Shown here in pieces: positions 1-7,808 of a DNA stretch of 64,000 nucleotides. The DNA lies in assembly GCA_963696365.1 (NCBI GenBank), contig CAVOKD010000002.1:294082-358081 (forward strand). Reading direction: 5' to 3'. Position 1 is the stretch's first letter. Each line of letters opens with the position of its first letter. The position numbers and the translations under genes are program-made. The notes under the pieces were generated by a model. It was not told the DNA's origin and made no database searches. It was given only the letters and a program-made list of their open reading frames with translations. Origin of the DNA: an uncultured Actinomycetes bacterium. GTDB taxonomy: Bacteria; Actinomycetota; Thermoleophilia; Gaiellales; Gaiellaceae.

Positions 1-1196
1 CTGACCGCCTCCGCCTTGAGGCCGGCGGCGCGGAACTCGCGGGCGAGGTTGTACGCGTGCTCGACGCCCGCGGCGTAGACGATCCCCGGCGTCTGGTCGA
101 AGCGGTCGCGGTACAGGCTCGCGGCCGCCTGGTTGATCAGGACGTGGTCCAGCACCTTGGCCAGGGCATCCTGGTCGTAGTCGCCGCCGACGATCGGCAC
201 GCTCGAGATGGCGGCCGCGGGGGGGATGCGGAGCGAGCGCAGCGGCGCGATCAGCCCGCGCCGCGCGGCGTCGCCGAGCGGGAGGTCGTCGACCGACGCG
301 GGGAAGACGTCCGAGACCTGCTTGGCGATCAGCTGCTCGGTCGCGGTCATGCCGATGTAGATCGGCTCCGTGAAGCGGCGGATCGCAGCGCTCGTCTTCT
401 CGCCGAGCGCCGTGTGGGCCTCGTCGCAGATCACGAGCTGGTAGGCGCTGCGCGAGAGCGAATCGACGTGGCGCGCGAACCAGGCGTAGGTCTGGATCGT
501 GATCGGGTTCCCGCGCAGCGGTTCGCGGCCCGCCTCGATCGCCTCGCTGAACCGGTCGCCGTAGCCCTCGGTCGTCAGGTCGCGGTTGAACTGGGTCACG
601 AGCAGCCGGCGGTGCGTGAGGATGAGGACGCCCATCGTGCGGGCGGCTTCGACGAACCCCGCCGCGGCGATCGTCTTGCCGGATGCGGTCGGGTGGCGGA
701 AGCGGAAGCGCCGCTCGGCGCCCGGGTCGTCGAGCTCGGGCTCCTCGTCCTCCTCGTCCGCGTGGAGAACCGGCTCGTCCTCGTCCTCGGGCTCGATCTC
801 GTGGCCGTTGCCGTTCCCGTTCCCGTTCTCGGGATGCTGCTCGTGCTTCGCAATCAGCTCGGCGAGCATGCCGGCGAGCGCGTCGATCTGGTGGCGGCGC
901 AACTCGGTGCCCGACGCAAGGCGCGGCGGATGGTCGGTGACCACCCGCTCGAGCCCCAGCATGAGGGCGTGGCGCACCTTCCACTCGGGCGACGGAGCGC
1001 GGCGTCCCGCCGCCATTTCCTCGAGCGCCTCGTCGAGCGCCATGCGCCGCGCGCGGCCCGGCGCGAGGACGTCGGCCGGGTCCTCCTCGGGCCACAGGAA
1101 GGGCTCGCCTGCCCACGCCTCCGCGCGTGCGGCGGCTTCGGCTAGGCCGTCCGTGGCCTCCGACGGCTTGGTCGGGTACGAAGACGTTTCTGGCAT
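1..1196 (-). CDS. DEAD/DEAH-box superfamily-2 helicase, N-terminal part; the 3' end runs off the window
   Basis: Absent from the ORF track because it has no stop inside the window. My reverse-strand read from ATG 1196..1194 gives MPETSSYPTKPSE...RFRFRHPTASGKTIAAAGF (Walker A) ... QLVICDEAHTALGEK (DEAH box). The listed + ORF 57..1145 is its antisense shadow. Confidence 0.8.
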   Translation of the reverse strand, partial: MPETSSYPTKPSEATDGLAEAAARAEAWAGEPFLWPEEDPADVLAPGRARRMALDEALEEMAAGRRAPSPEWKVRHALMLGLERVVTDHPPRLASGTELRRHQIDALAGMLAELIAKHEQHPENGNGNGNGHEIEPEDEDEPVLHADEEDEEPELDDPGAERRFRFRHPTASGKTIAAAGFVEAARTMGVLILTHRRLLVTQFNRDLTTEGYGDRFSEAIEAGREPLRGNPITIQTYAWFARHVDSLSRSAYQLVICDEAHTALGEKTSAAIRRFTEPIYIGMTATEQLIAKQVSDVFPASVDDLPLGDAARRGLIAPLRSLRIPPAAAISSVPIVGGDYDQDALAKVLDHVLINQAAASLYRDRFDQTPGIVYAAGVEHAYNLAREFRAAGLKAEAV

Positions 1197-1329
1197 GGAC
1201 GCAGCGCCTTCGTGTGCGCTGCCTGTTCAATCGTGAGGTGCCGGCGCAAACCGCATGCGCCCGGCGACATCCCGAACTATACAAGAGTCGAACGCCGATC
1301 GGCGCTCGACAGCGGCCCGCCGCTCGGGG

Positions 1330-2640
1330 CTAGACGGGACGCGGGGCGGTCGAGGTCAGCGCCTGCTGCATCCCGATCGCCTTCTTCATGTAGGTGTAGG
1401 CCTCGTCGGCCTCGCCCTTGGCCTCGAGCAGCTCCGCCAGCTTGGCGTAGACGTCCACGAGATCGCGGTTCGGGGCCTTCCGCTCGAGGAGCTCGGCGGC
1501 GAGCTCGTAGAGCTCCCGGGCCTTCTCCTCGTCGCCGAGGTCGATGGTCACCTCGGCGAGGACCGCGTACACGCGGCCCGCGTCGGCCGGATCCGCGTCG
1601 CGCAGGAGCCCGCTCACCTCGAGCGCGATCGAGGCGGCCTGCTCCTTGTCGCCGAGCTGGACGAGCGCCCGGGCCTCTTCGACCCGGAACTGCGCCTGCT
1701 CGATCGGCGTGCCGCTCCGCTCGAGCAGCGGCCAGCCTTCGGCGAGGTGCGCGAGCGCCTCCTCCGCGTGGCCGCGCTCGAGCTCGATGCGCGCCACGAG
1801 CTGGTGTGCGATGCCCGTGTAGTGGAGATCCTCGGTCAGCTCGAGGGCGGCGAGCGCCTGGTAGGCGTAGCGGCTCGCGCCGTGGACGTCGCCCTGGTCG
1901 CCGCGCAGCTTGGCCTGCGCCCAGTAGACGCGCGCCCGTGTGTAGGGGTCGAAGCTCTGGCGGCCCTCTAAGAGCGCGCGGCCGACGACCTCCTCGGCCC
2001 GGGTGAACTCGCCCGAGTCGGAGAGGGCATAGCCGAGCAGGCACCCGAAGCGGATCGACTGGATCCGGTCTCCGAGCCGCTCGAAGGCGACGAGGCAGCG
2101 CTCGAAGATCGCGACGCACGGATCGAGCTCGCCCACGAGCGCGTACGCGCGGCCGAGGCTCTCGGCGAGCGCGGGTCGCTCCCACTCCTGGGTGCCCGAG
2201 GTGACGAGCGCGCGCTCGAAGTGGGCGATCGCCTCGCGCGGTTCGCCCTCGCGCAGCGCGAGGTGGCCGAGCCCTTCCTCCACCTGCGACCGCTCCGCCG
2301 GGGAGAGAGAGCTGTCGAGGAGCTCGCGGTAGAGCGCGCGGGCGCGCTCGAGGTCGTCGAGCCTGAGCGCGACCTCGGCCTCGAGGACCGCGAAGCTGAC
2401 GGGACGGACGTCCGTGCCGGTCGCGAGGTAGTCCTCGCTGACGCCGAGCCGGCGGCCGAGCTCCCGTAGGAGCTGGAGCGAGGGAATCCGGTCGCCGGCC
2501 TCGATCCGTGAGATGTACGCCGGCGAGCACCCCGGGAAGGCAAGCTGCCGCTGGCTCAGACCGACGGCCTCGCGGGCCGTACGGAGGCGCTCGCCGACCG
2601 CTCCGGGGTCGTCCACATGAGTTGACTTTTGTCTTGGCAT
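1330..2640 (-). CDS. XRE-family HTH transcriptional regulator with a long C-terminal TPR-like domain (436 aa)
   Basis: ORF track 1330..2640. N-terminus reads LSQRQLAFPGCSPAYISRIEAGDRIPSLQLLRELGRRLGVSEDYL (Cro/C1-type HTH). The remaining ~350 aa are helical repeats rich in A/L/E/R/Y, typical of TPR. Confidence 0.85.
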   Translation of the reverse strand: MPRQKSTHVDDPGAVGERLRTAREAVGLSQRQLAFPGCSPAYISRIEAGDRIPSLQLLRELGRRLGVSEDYLATGTDVRPVSFAVLEAEVALRLDDLERARALYRELLDSSLSPAERSQVEEGLGHLALREGEPREAIAHFERALVTSGTQEWERPALAESLGRAYALVGELDPCVAIFERCLVAFERLGDRIQSIRFGCLLGYALSDSGEFTRAEEVVGRALLEGRQSFDPYTRARVYWAQAKLRGDQGDVHGASRYAYQALAALELTEDLHYTGIAHQLVARIELERGHAEEALAHLAEGWPLLERSGTPIEQAQFRVEEARALVQLGDKEQAASIALEVSGLLRDADPADAGRVYAVLAEVTIDLGDEEKARELYELAAELLERKAPNRDLVDVYAKLAELLEAKGEADEAYTYMKKAIGMQQALTSTAPRPV

Positions 2641-2737
2641 TGCTTTCTTTTCCGCTCCTTGCGCTTATATACTGGTCGCCACGTAAGTACGAGGCCCTGT
2701 CTATCCGTGTCCCCCACGAGCAAAGGACGGTCCTGAG

Positions 2738-2821
2738 ATGAAGCCGCGTCTCTTCATGCTGGCTGCTGCCGCTGCGACTGTCGCCGCGTTTCTTGGCTTT
2801 GGGTATCCCTGGGGTCCCTAG
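2738..2821 (+). CDS. candidate small hydrophobic peptide ORF (27 aa), MKPRLFMLAAAAATVAAFLGFGYPWGP
   Basis: My own read: ATG 2738, TAG 2819..2821, with AAGGA about 9 nt upstream. It is divergent from the XRE-TPR gene, 97 bp away, in a GC-poor spacer. GC3 is only about 63 percent by my count, so coding status is uncertain. Confidence 0.25.
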   Translation: MKPRLFMLAAAAATVAAFLGFGYPWGP

Positions 2822-2876
2822 GTCGTTCGTCGGTCATCATTCGCTCGCAGCCGTAGTCTGACACGCAAATCGCTGG

Positions 2877-2969
2877 GCGGGAAGTCCTGGTTTCACATTT
2901 GTTGCCGGGCTTCCCGCTTCGGCGTGGTCCCGCCACGCCGAGGGCCCGCCTGCGGCAGCGGGCCCTCGG
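2877..2969 (+). other. three consecutive GC-rich hairpins in a GC-poor intergenic region (possible 5' UTR, small RNA or terminator stack)
   Basis: Stem 1: GCGGGAAG 2877..2884 pairs with CTTCCCGC 2910..2917. Stem 2: CGGCGTGG 2920..2927 pairs with CCACGCCG 2933..2940. Stem 3: CCGAGGGCCCGC 2938..2949 pairs with GCGGGCCCTCGG 2958..2969. Stems 2 and 3 share 3 nt. Confidence 0.35.
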
Positions 2970-2997
2970 TGGACGGGATAGGAGGACCGAGTCCCGC

Positions 2998-3784
2998 GTG
3001 CGGCGTACGAGCCGGGACAGCTCGAATGCCTCGGGATACGTTGCGGAACTCGCCCCTACCGTGACAGTTGTAATCGCTGAGGGTCCCAGCGCGTCCCCCG
3101 AACGAGGGACTGCGCACTACGCTGAGACGGTGGACTGGGAGTCCCACCTCGCCCGCGCGGAGCAGCGCTACGCCGACGGGGAGGCCCGTTTGCCGACGGA
3201 TCCGGACGCCCGCCAGAAGCAGTTCGTCCGTATGGGGATGGCGGCCGGCGCGGCGGGGCTCGCGCTCCTGATGGAAGGCCGCCGCGACGAGGCGGCGGCC
3301 TGGTTCGACCGCTCGGCGACACGCCTGCGGGAGAGCTGGGAGGGCGCTCCGCCCGGAAGCTGGGGCCGGCCCGATCGGCGCGCTCAAGGCGCGCGTCCTC
3401 GCGGGCGACCGCGTCGGGGCGCGCGACGACGCCCGCTGGACGCTCTCGCTCGGTCCCGAGTCGGGCTCGGCGATCGGCCGGTACGCGGCGGCGCTCGCCG
3501 CGCTCGTCCTTGACGAGGACCGCCGCGCGGCTCCGCTCGCCGCGTCGCTCCGGGAGGAACCGTCCGAGACCTTCCCACGCCCGGTCGCCGACGCGCTCGC
3601 TGCGCTCGCCGCCCACGACGCGGCCGCCTACGCCGAGGCCGCGCGTGCAGTGCTCGCGTCGTTCGAGGAGCGCGATGCCTACCTCGAGGACATCCCGGTC
3701 GCCGACACCGTCGCGGTGCTCGAGCGGCTCGCGGCCGAGCGCTGCGTCGCGGCCGGCCTGCGCTCGCCGCTTCTGCCGGTCTAG
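2998..3784 (+). pseudogene. hypothetical protein, apparently frameshifted; start uncertain
   Basis: Frame 1 (track ORF 2899..3513) reads ...AEQRYADGEARLPTDPDARQKQFVRMGMAAG...RLRESWEGAPPGSW. Frame 2 then continues protein-like (GPIGALKARVLAGDRV...AVLASFEERDAYLEDIPVADTVAVLERLAAE) to TAG 3782..3784. The shift is near 3355..3365. GTG 2998 follows a GGAGGA. Confidence 0.45.
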
Positions 3785-4997
3785 ACCAGCAGGCCGGTCA
3801 CGTACATGATCGCGAGCCCGGCGAGGAAGCCGCCGAGGACGTACGGCGAGGAGAGCCCGCCGGGCGCGCGGCGCGCGACGTAGCGGCCGACCTCGGTCAC
3901 GACCTCGAGCGCCGCTCCCGCCGCGGCAGCGAAGAAGAGGACGCCGAGGAGGTCGCTCGTCACGAAGCCGCCGACCCAGGCGCCGAGGATCGCCGGCGCG
4001 CCCGCGACCAGGGTGAGCACCGCAAGTCGGCCGAGCGACACGTGCGCGCGGCCTTCCGCCGCCGGCGCCGCGATGCCGAGGCCCTCGGTCACGTTGTGGA
4101 TCATGAAGCCGACGATGAAGAACGTCCCGAGCGTCAGCTCCCCGAGTGCGAACGACGAGCCGATCGCGAGGCCCTCCCCGAAGTTGTGCAGGCCGATGCC
4201 GATTGCGACGAGCGTCGCGAGCGCGAGGCCTCCGAGCGGCGCGGCTCCGCCACCCTTTCCGCCGCCCAGGCGGTGGGAGATCATCGTGAGCGTCAGGTAG
4301 CTCGCGGCCACGCCGAGCAGAACGAGGCCGGCGCCGCCCATCGCGCTCGGGAGCGTCGCCTGCCGGTCGAGCGCCTCCGAGAGCGCCTCGACCGCCAGGA
4401 ACGTGAGCAACCCGCCCGTCAGCGCCATGAAGGCCGCGAGCCACTGGGGCGAGGAGCGCCGGAGCGACGGCAGCCAGAGCAGCCCGAACGCGATCGGCAC
4501 CACGCCGACGAGGAAGCCGATCAGCCCGTAGCCGAGGATGCTCCGCCCGCTCGCAGTGGGCGTCTCGACCGCCGCGGGGATCTCCTTCGTCGTCTGGATC
4601 CCCGTCGAGCTCGTGACTCCGACCGAGATCGGCTCGTCGTCGACCCAGTCGTACGGGACGACGATCGTGCTCGAGCGCAGGCGGCCGAGCGTCTGCGGCC
4701 CGTCGAGCGAGTACGGGACGATCGCGTCGTCGACCGTGACCGTGGCGATCGTCAGGTCGTCCGGCTGCGGGTTCGTGACGTGGATCCGGATCGTCCCCGG
4801 CTCGAACGTGACCCGGCGGACGTCGAACTCGTCGAGCGGCGGCGGGTTGTCGCGGATCAGGCCGGTGAGCGAGCCGCCGCTCGCCGCGAAGAGGGAGACC
4901 GTCGCGACAAGGAGGAGGATCGGCGCGAGCGCCCAGAGGCGCCAGCGGGCGCTCCCGCCCTCGCGCCCCCTTCCCCCGCGGCCTCGCGCGCGCTCAT
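3781..4997 (-). pseudogene. ZIP-family metal transporter with an N-terminal extracytoplasmic domain; probable frameshift close to the start
   Basis: Track ORF 3781..4503 has the ZIP signature GIGLHNFGEGLAIG...MIHNVTEGLGIA. The same frame stays protein-like upstream (RWRLWALAPILLLVATVSLFAASGG...VTFEPGTIRIHVTNPQPDDL...) but has no start codon. The only ATG (4997..4995, overlapping the upstream stop as TGATG) is in another frame, so a shift is implied within 4953..4995, a region of C5 runs. Confidence 0.7.
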
Positions 4998-5996
4998 CAG
5001 TCCCTGACGTCGAAGAAGCCCATCCAGCCGAGCTCGGCGAACTCCGACTGGTGCGCGTGGAACATGAACGTCCCGGTGTTGTGGAAGTCGATCTCGATGA
5101 TTCCGCGCTCGCCCTGGCACTGCATGACCGTGTCCGTGTACTCGAAGTGGTCGGTCGAGCCCGTGGGGTAGTAGCGGAAGAACTCGCCGTGCAGGTGGAA
5201 CGAGTTGATCAGGTCGAACTCGGTCAGGTTGGCGAGGTGGATCCGCACCGTCTCGGAGCGGCGCACCCGGATCGGGTACTTCGCGTAGTAGAAGGCCTTG
5301 CCGTTGACGGTGTAGAAGTTGTTCTCGCCGTCGCCGTCCGTGTCGAAGCCGTTCATGACCATCACGAGCTCGTGGGCCGGCTTGCGGGGCTTCTTCGGGT
5401 CGATGATGAAGGCGCCGTAGAGGCCCTTGTGGATGTGCTTCTTGAGCGGCGTCGCGTGGCAGTGGTAGAGCTGCATCCCGGCCGGTCGCGCCGGGAAACT
5501 CGTACGTGAAGCGCTCGCCCGGGGCGACGACCTCGAAGACGCCGTCCATGTCGGCCGGGTGGATGCCGTGGAAGTGGATCGTGTGCGGGTGGTCGCCGCC
5601 GTTCACGAAATGGACGCGGAGGAGGTCGTCCTCGGTCGCGCGGATGACCGGCCCGGGGACGGTGCCGTTGTACGTCCAGGCGGGGAAGGTGACGCCCTGC
5701 GCGACCTCGATGTCCCGGTCCTCGGCCGTCAGCGTGTACTCGCGCACGCGGCCAGGGCTGTACGGGAGCGCGGGCGGCGGGACGAGGAGCGCGTCCAGGT
5801 CGTTCGGCCCGCCGGGTGCGGGGGCGGCGTCGCCGATCATTGCCGCGTGCCCCATGGCCGCGTCTCCGTGCTCGTGGGTGGCCATCCGCTCGGCGCCCGA
5901 CGCGCTCTCGACGGCGTAGCGGCCGAGCGGGATCGCGGCCGCGAGGGGCGCGGCGCCGATCAGGAGTTGCTTGCGGGTGACACCGGACTTAGACAT
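4997..5996 (-). pseudogene. two-domain multicopper oxidase family protein (nitrite-reductase/laccase-like), one apparent frameshift
   Basis: The C-terminal half is track ORF 4997..5476 (LYHCHATPLKKHIHKGLYG...MFHAHQSEFAELGWMG). The N-terminal half sits in another frame inside the spurious ORF 4857..8585 (MSKSGVTRKQLLIGAAPLAAA...GGDHPHTIHFHGIHPADMDGV...GERFTYEFP). The join is at about 5477..5492. ATG at 5996. Confidence 0.75.
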
Positions 5997-6022
5997 GTCT
6001 AAATCCGATTGTAGATGCATCT
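5989..6022. promoter_or_regulatory. promoter/operator region of the oxidase-ZIP operon, with two perfect palindromes
   Basis: TTAGACATGTCTAA (5989..6002) is a perfect 14-bp palindrome centred on the CATG of the oxidase start codon. AGATGCATCT (6013..6022) is a perfect 10-bp palindrome. A minus-strand TACAAT (-10-like) lies at 6013..6008, 11 nt before the ATG, with no SD. The spacer is AT-rich in a very GC-rich genome. Confidence 0.5.
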
Positions 6023-6046
6023 GCGGGCTCCGGCGAGCCCGCGGCC

Positions 6047-7270
6047 TCAGAGCAGCGGCGAGATGATGGCGAACGCCGTGGCCTTCGCCCGTTCTTTCGT
6101 GCCAGTCAGGGCGGTGCCCGGGGAGGACACGGCCTCCGCGGGCGCGCTGAAGCGCTCGTCGAACTGGGCCGCGAGCGCCTGCGACCGCAGCTCGAGGTCG
6201 ATCTCGAAGAAGCGCTTGAGGCTCCAGGCTTCGAGATTGCAGGTCCCGGCGAGGAGCTCCTCGCCGTCGCGCACGAACGCCTTGGCATGGAGCATCGTCG
6301 GGTACTCGAGAATGCGGACGCCCGCGTCGAGCAGGCTCGCGTGGTGGAACCGCTGCGCGGCCGCGCACGCCCAGTTGTTCGCGTTCGCCGGGACGAAGAG
6401 GCGCACCTGCACGCCGCGCCGCGCGGCACGCTCGATTCGCTTGATCATCCCGCGGTCGGTGACGTACGGGTTGACGACGTCGAGCGTCTGCTGCGCGCCG
6501 TCGAGCACGCGCGCGATCGCGTCCGTGATGGGGCGGTAGCGGCCGGGCGCGTTGTGCAGGACGCGCGCGGGGATCGGCTCCGCGCCGGGCTCGAGCGACG
6601 GGAACAGCGTGTCGAGCTCCGCGGCCGGGAGCTCGCCGCCGAGCCAGTGGAAGCTCGCGACGAAGACGAGCTGGAGCTGTGCCACGACCGGGCCCTCGAC
6701 CCGGACGAAGAGGTCGTGGAAGCGGCCGTCCTGGAAGTGGTCCTCGATTCCGGCGCCGCCGACCCAGCCGATCCGGCCGTCGACGACCGAGAGCTTGCGG
6801 TGGTCGATGTGGCCGAGCGCCGGGAGGTTCCAGCGCGGATCGCTGTCCTCGCCCAGCGGGCCGAAGGGCGCGCGCGGCTTTGTCGCGCGCACCACGCAGA
6901 CCTGGACGCCTCCGCGCGTCAGCCGCTCGTAGTGCTCGCGCGAGCTGCGCTCGGGGTCCGAGCCCTGCCGGTCGACGACCAGGCGGACGGGGACGCCCTG
7001 CGAGGCCTTCTCGACGAGCACGTCCGCGAACTCGTCGCCGACGACGCCCGGACGGAAGCCGAACTGGTTGATGTTCACCGAGGATTCGGCCGCCCGGATG
7101 TCGGCAAGCATGCGCGGGTAGAACGACGCGCCCTCGACGAGCACCTCGGCCGACGAGGCGGCGCTCTCCGCGAACGCGAGCACGAGGTCGGCGCGCGAGC
7201 CCGGGCGCGCGAGCAGGCGCTCGGCATGCTCCCGGATCCCGGCGTCGGCGATCGGCGTCGGAGTGCTCAC
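6047..7270 (-). CDS. phospholipase D-like / cardiolipin-synthase-family protein with two HKD motifs
   Basis: Track ORF 6047..7270. HKD motifs are GHIDHRKLSVVDG and TMLHAKAFVRDGEELLAGTCN. A hairpin, GCGGGCTC-cggc-GAGCCCGC at 6023..6042, lies just downstream of the stop. Confidence 0.85.
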   Translation of the reverse strand: MSTPTPIADAGIREHAERLLARPGSRADLVLAFAESAASSAEVLVEGASFYPRMLADIRAAESSVNINQFGFRPGVVGDEFADVLVEKASQGVPVRLVVDRQGSDPERSSREHYERLTRGGVQVCVVRATKPRAPFGPLGEDSDPRWNLPALGHIDHRKLSVVDGRIGWVGGAGIEDHFQDGRFHDLFVRVEGPVVAQLQLVFVASFHWLGGELPAAELDTLFPSLEPGAEPIPARVLHNAPGRYRPITDAIARVLDGAQQTLDVVNPYVTDRGMIKRIERAARRGVQVRLFVPANANNWACAAAQRFHHASLLDAGVRILEYPTMLHAKAFVRDGEELLAGTCNLEAWSLKRFFEIDLELRSQALAAQFDERFSAPAEAVSSPGTALTGTKERAKATAFAIISPLL

Positions 7271-7320
7271 GGCGCCGGACCATACGGTGCGAAGCGGGCG
7301 TCCGGGTAGAGTCCGGCGCG

Positions 7321-7416
7321 ATGGGACGCGGCTCGAGACCGATCAGGCGCTGGCGTAACGACCGGCAGCGCAAGAAGAAGGAGCGCGACAAGCGCCAGGC
7401 CCGCCGGCGGCGCTGA
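7321..7416 (+). CDS. candidate small, highly basic protein (31 aa), MGRGSRPIRRWRNDRQRKKKERDKRQARRRR
   Basis: My own read: ATG 7321, TGA 7414..7416, overlapping the next gene's ATG as TGATG. A TAGAGT -10-like hexamer at 7307..7312 sits 8 nt before the ATG, which fits a leaderless transcript. Confidence 0.3.
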   Translation: MGRGSRPIRRWRNDRQRKKKERDKRQARRRR

Positions 7417-7805
7417 TGGGCGTCGTCAGCGCGGTTCACCTCTACGTCACCGACCTCGACCGGGCGATCGACTTCTACACGCGCCTGCTCGGGCACCCGC
7501 CGCAGGCGGCGTACGACGAGGGGGAGAACGCGCACTCGGCCTTCTTCGTGCTCGAGCAGCGCACGTACCTCGTGCTCACGTGGGACCCGGACCGCGGGCG
7601 CGAGATCGGCGGCTCGACGCGGCTCGAGCTGGCGGCCGACGACCTCGAGGCGGAGGTGGCGGGCCTCGAGTCGCGCGGCATCTCGGGCGGCCGTCTCAAC
7701 CGCACCCGCTTCGGGACGGAGGTCTACGACCTCGCCGACCCGGACGGGCATCTCATCCGCCTCGGACCCCCCTGGACGCTTCACGCGATCGAGGGTGCGG
7801 TCTAG
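7416..7805 (+). CDS. VOC (glyoxalase/bleomycin-resistance/dioxygenase) family protein
   Basis: Track ORF 7416..7805: VHLYVTDLDRAIDFYTRLLG...YDLADPDGHLIRL, the typical VOC fold signature. Confidence 0.8.
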   Translation: MGVVSAVHLYVTDLDRAIDFYTRLLGHPPQAAYDEGENAHSAFFVLEQRTYLVLTWDPDRGREIGGSTRLELAADDLEAEVAGLESRGISGGRLNRTRFGTEVYDLADPDGHLIRLGPPWTLHAIEGAV

Positions 7806-7808
7806 CTC

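Noticed and set aside
2640-3060. Known small RNA or riboswitch (e.g. 6C RNA, cobalamin, SAM, ydaO-type) in the GC-poor spacer
   Set aside because: I could not find the defining features, such as C-rich loops for 6C or conserved riboswitch cores. Only generic GC hairpins are present, so I report it as unclassified structure.
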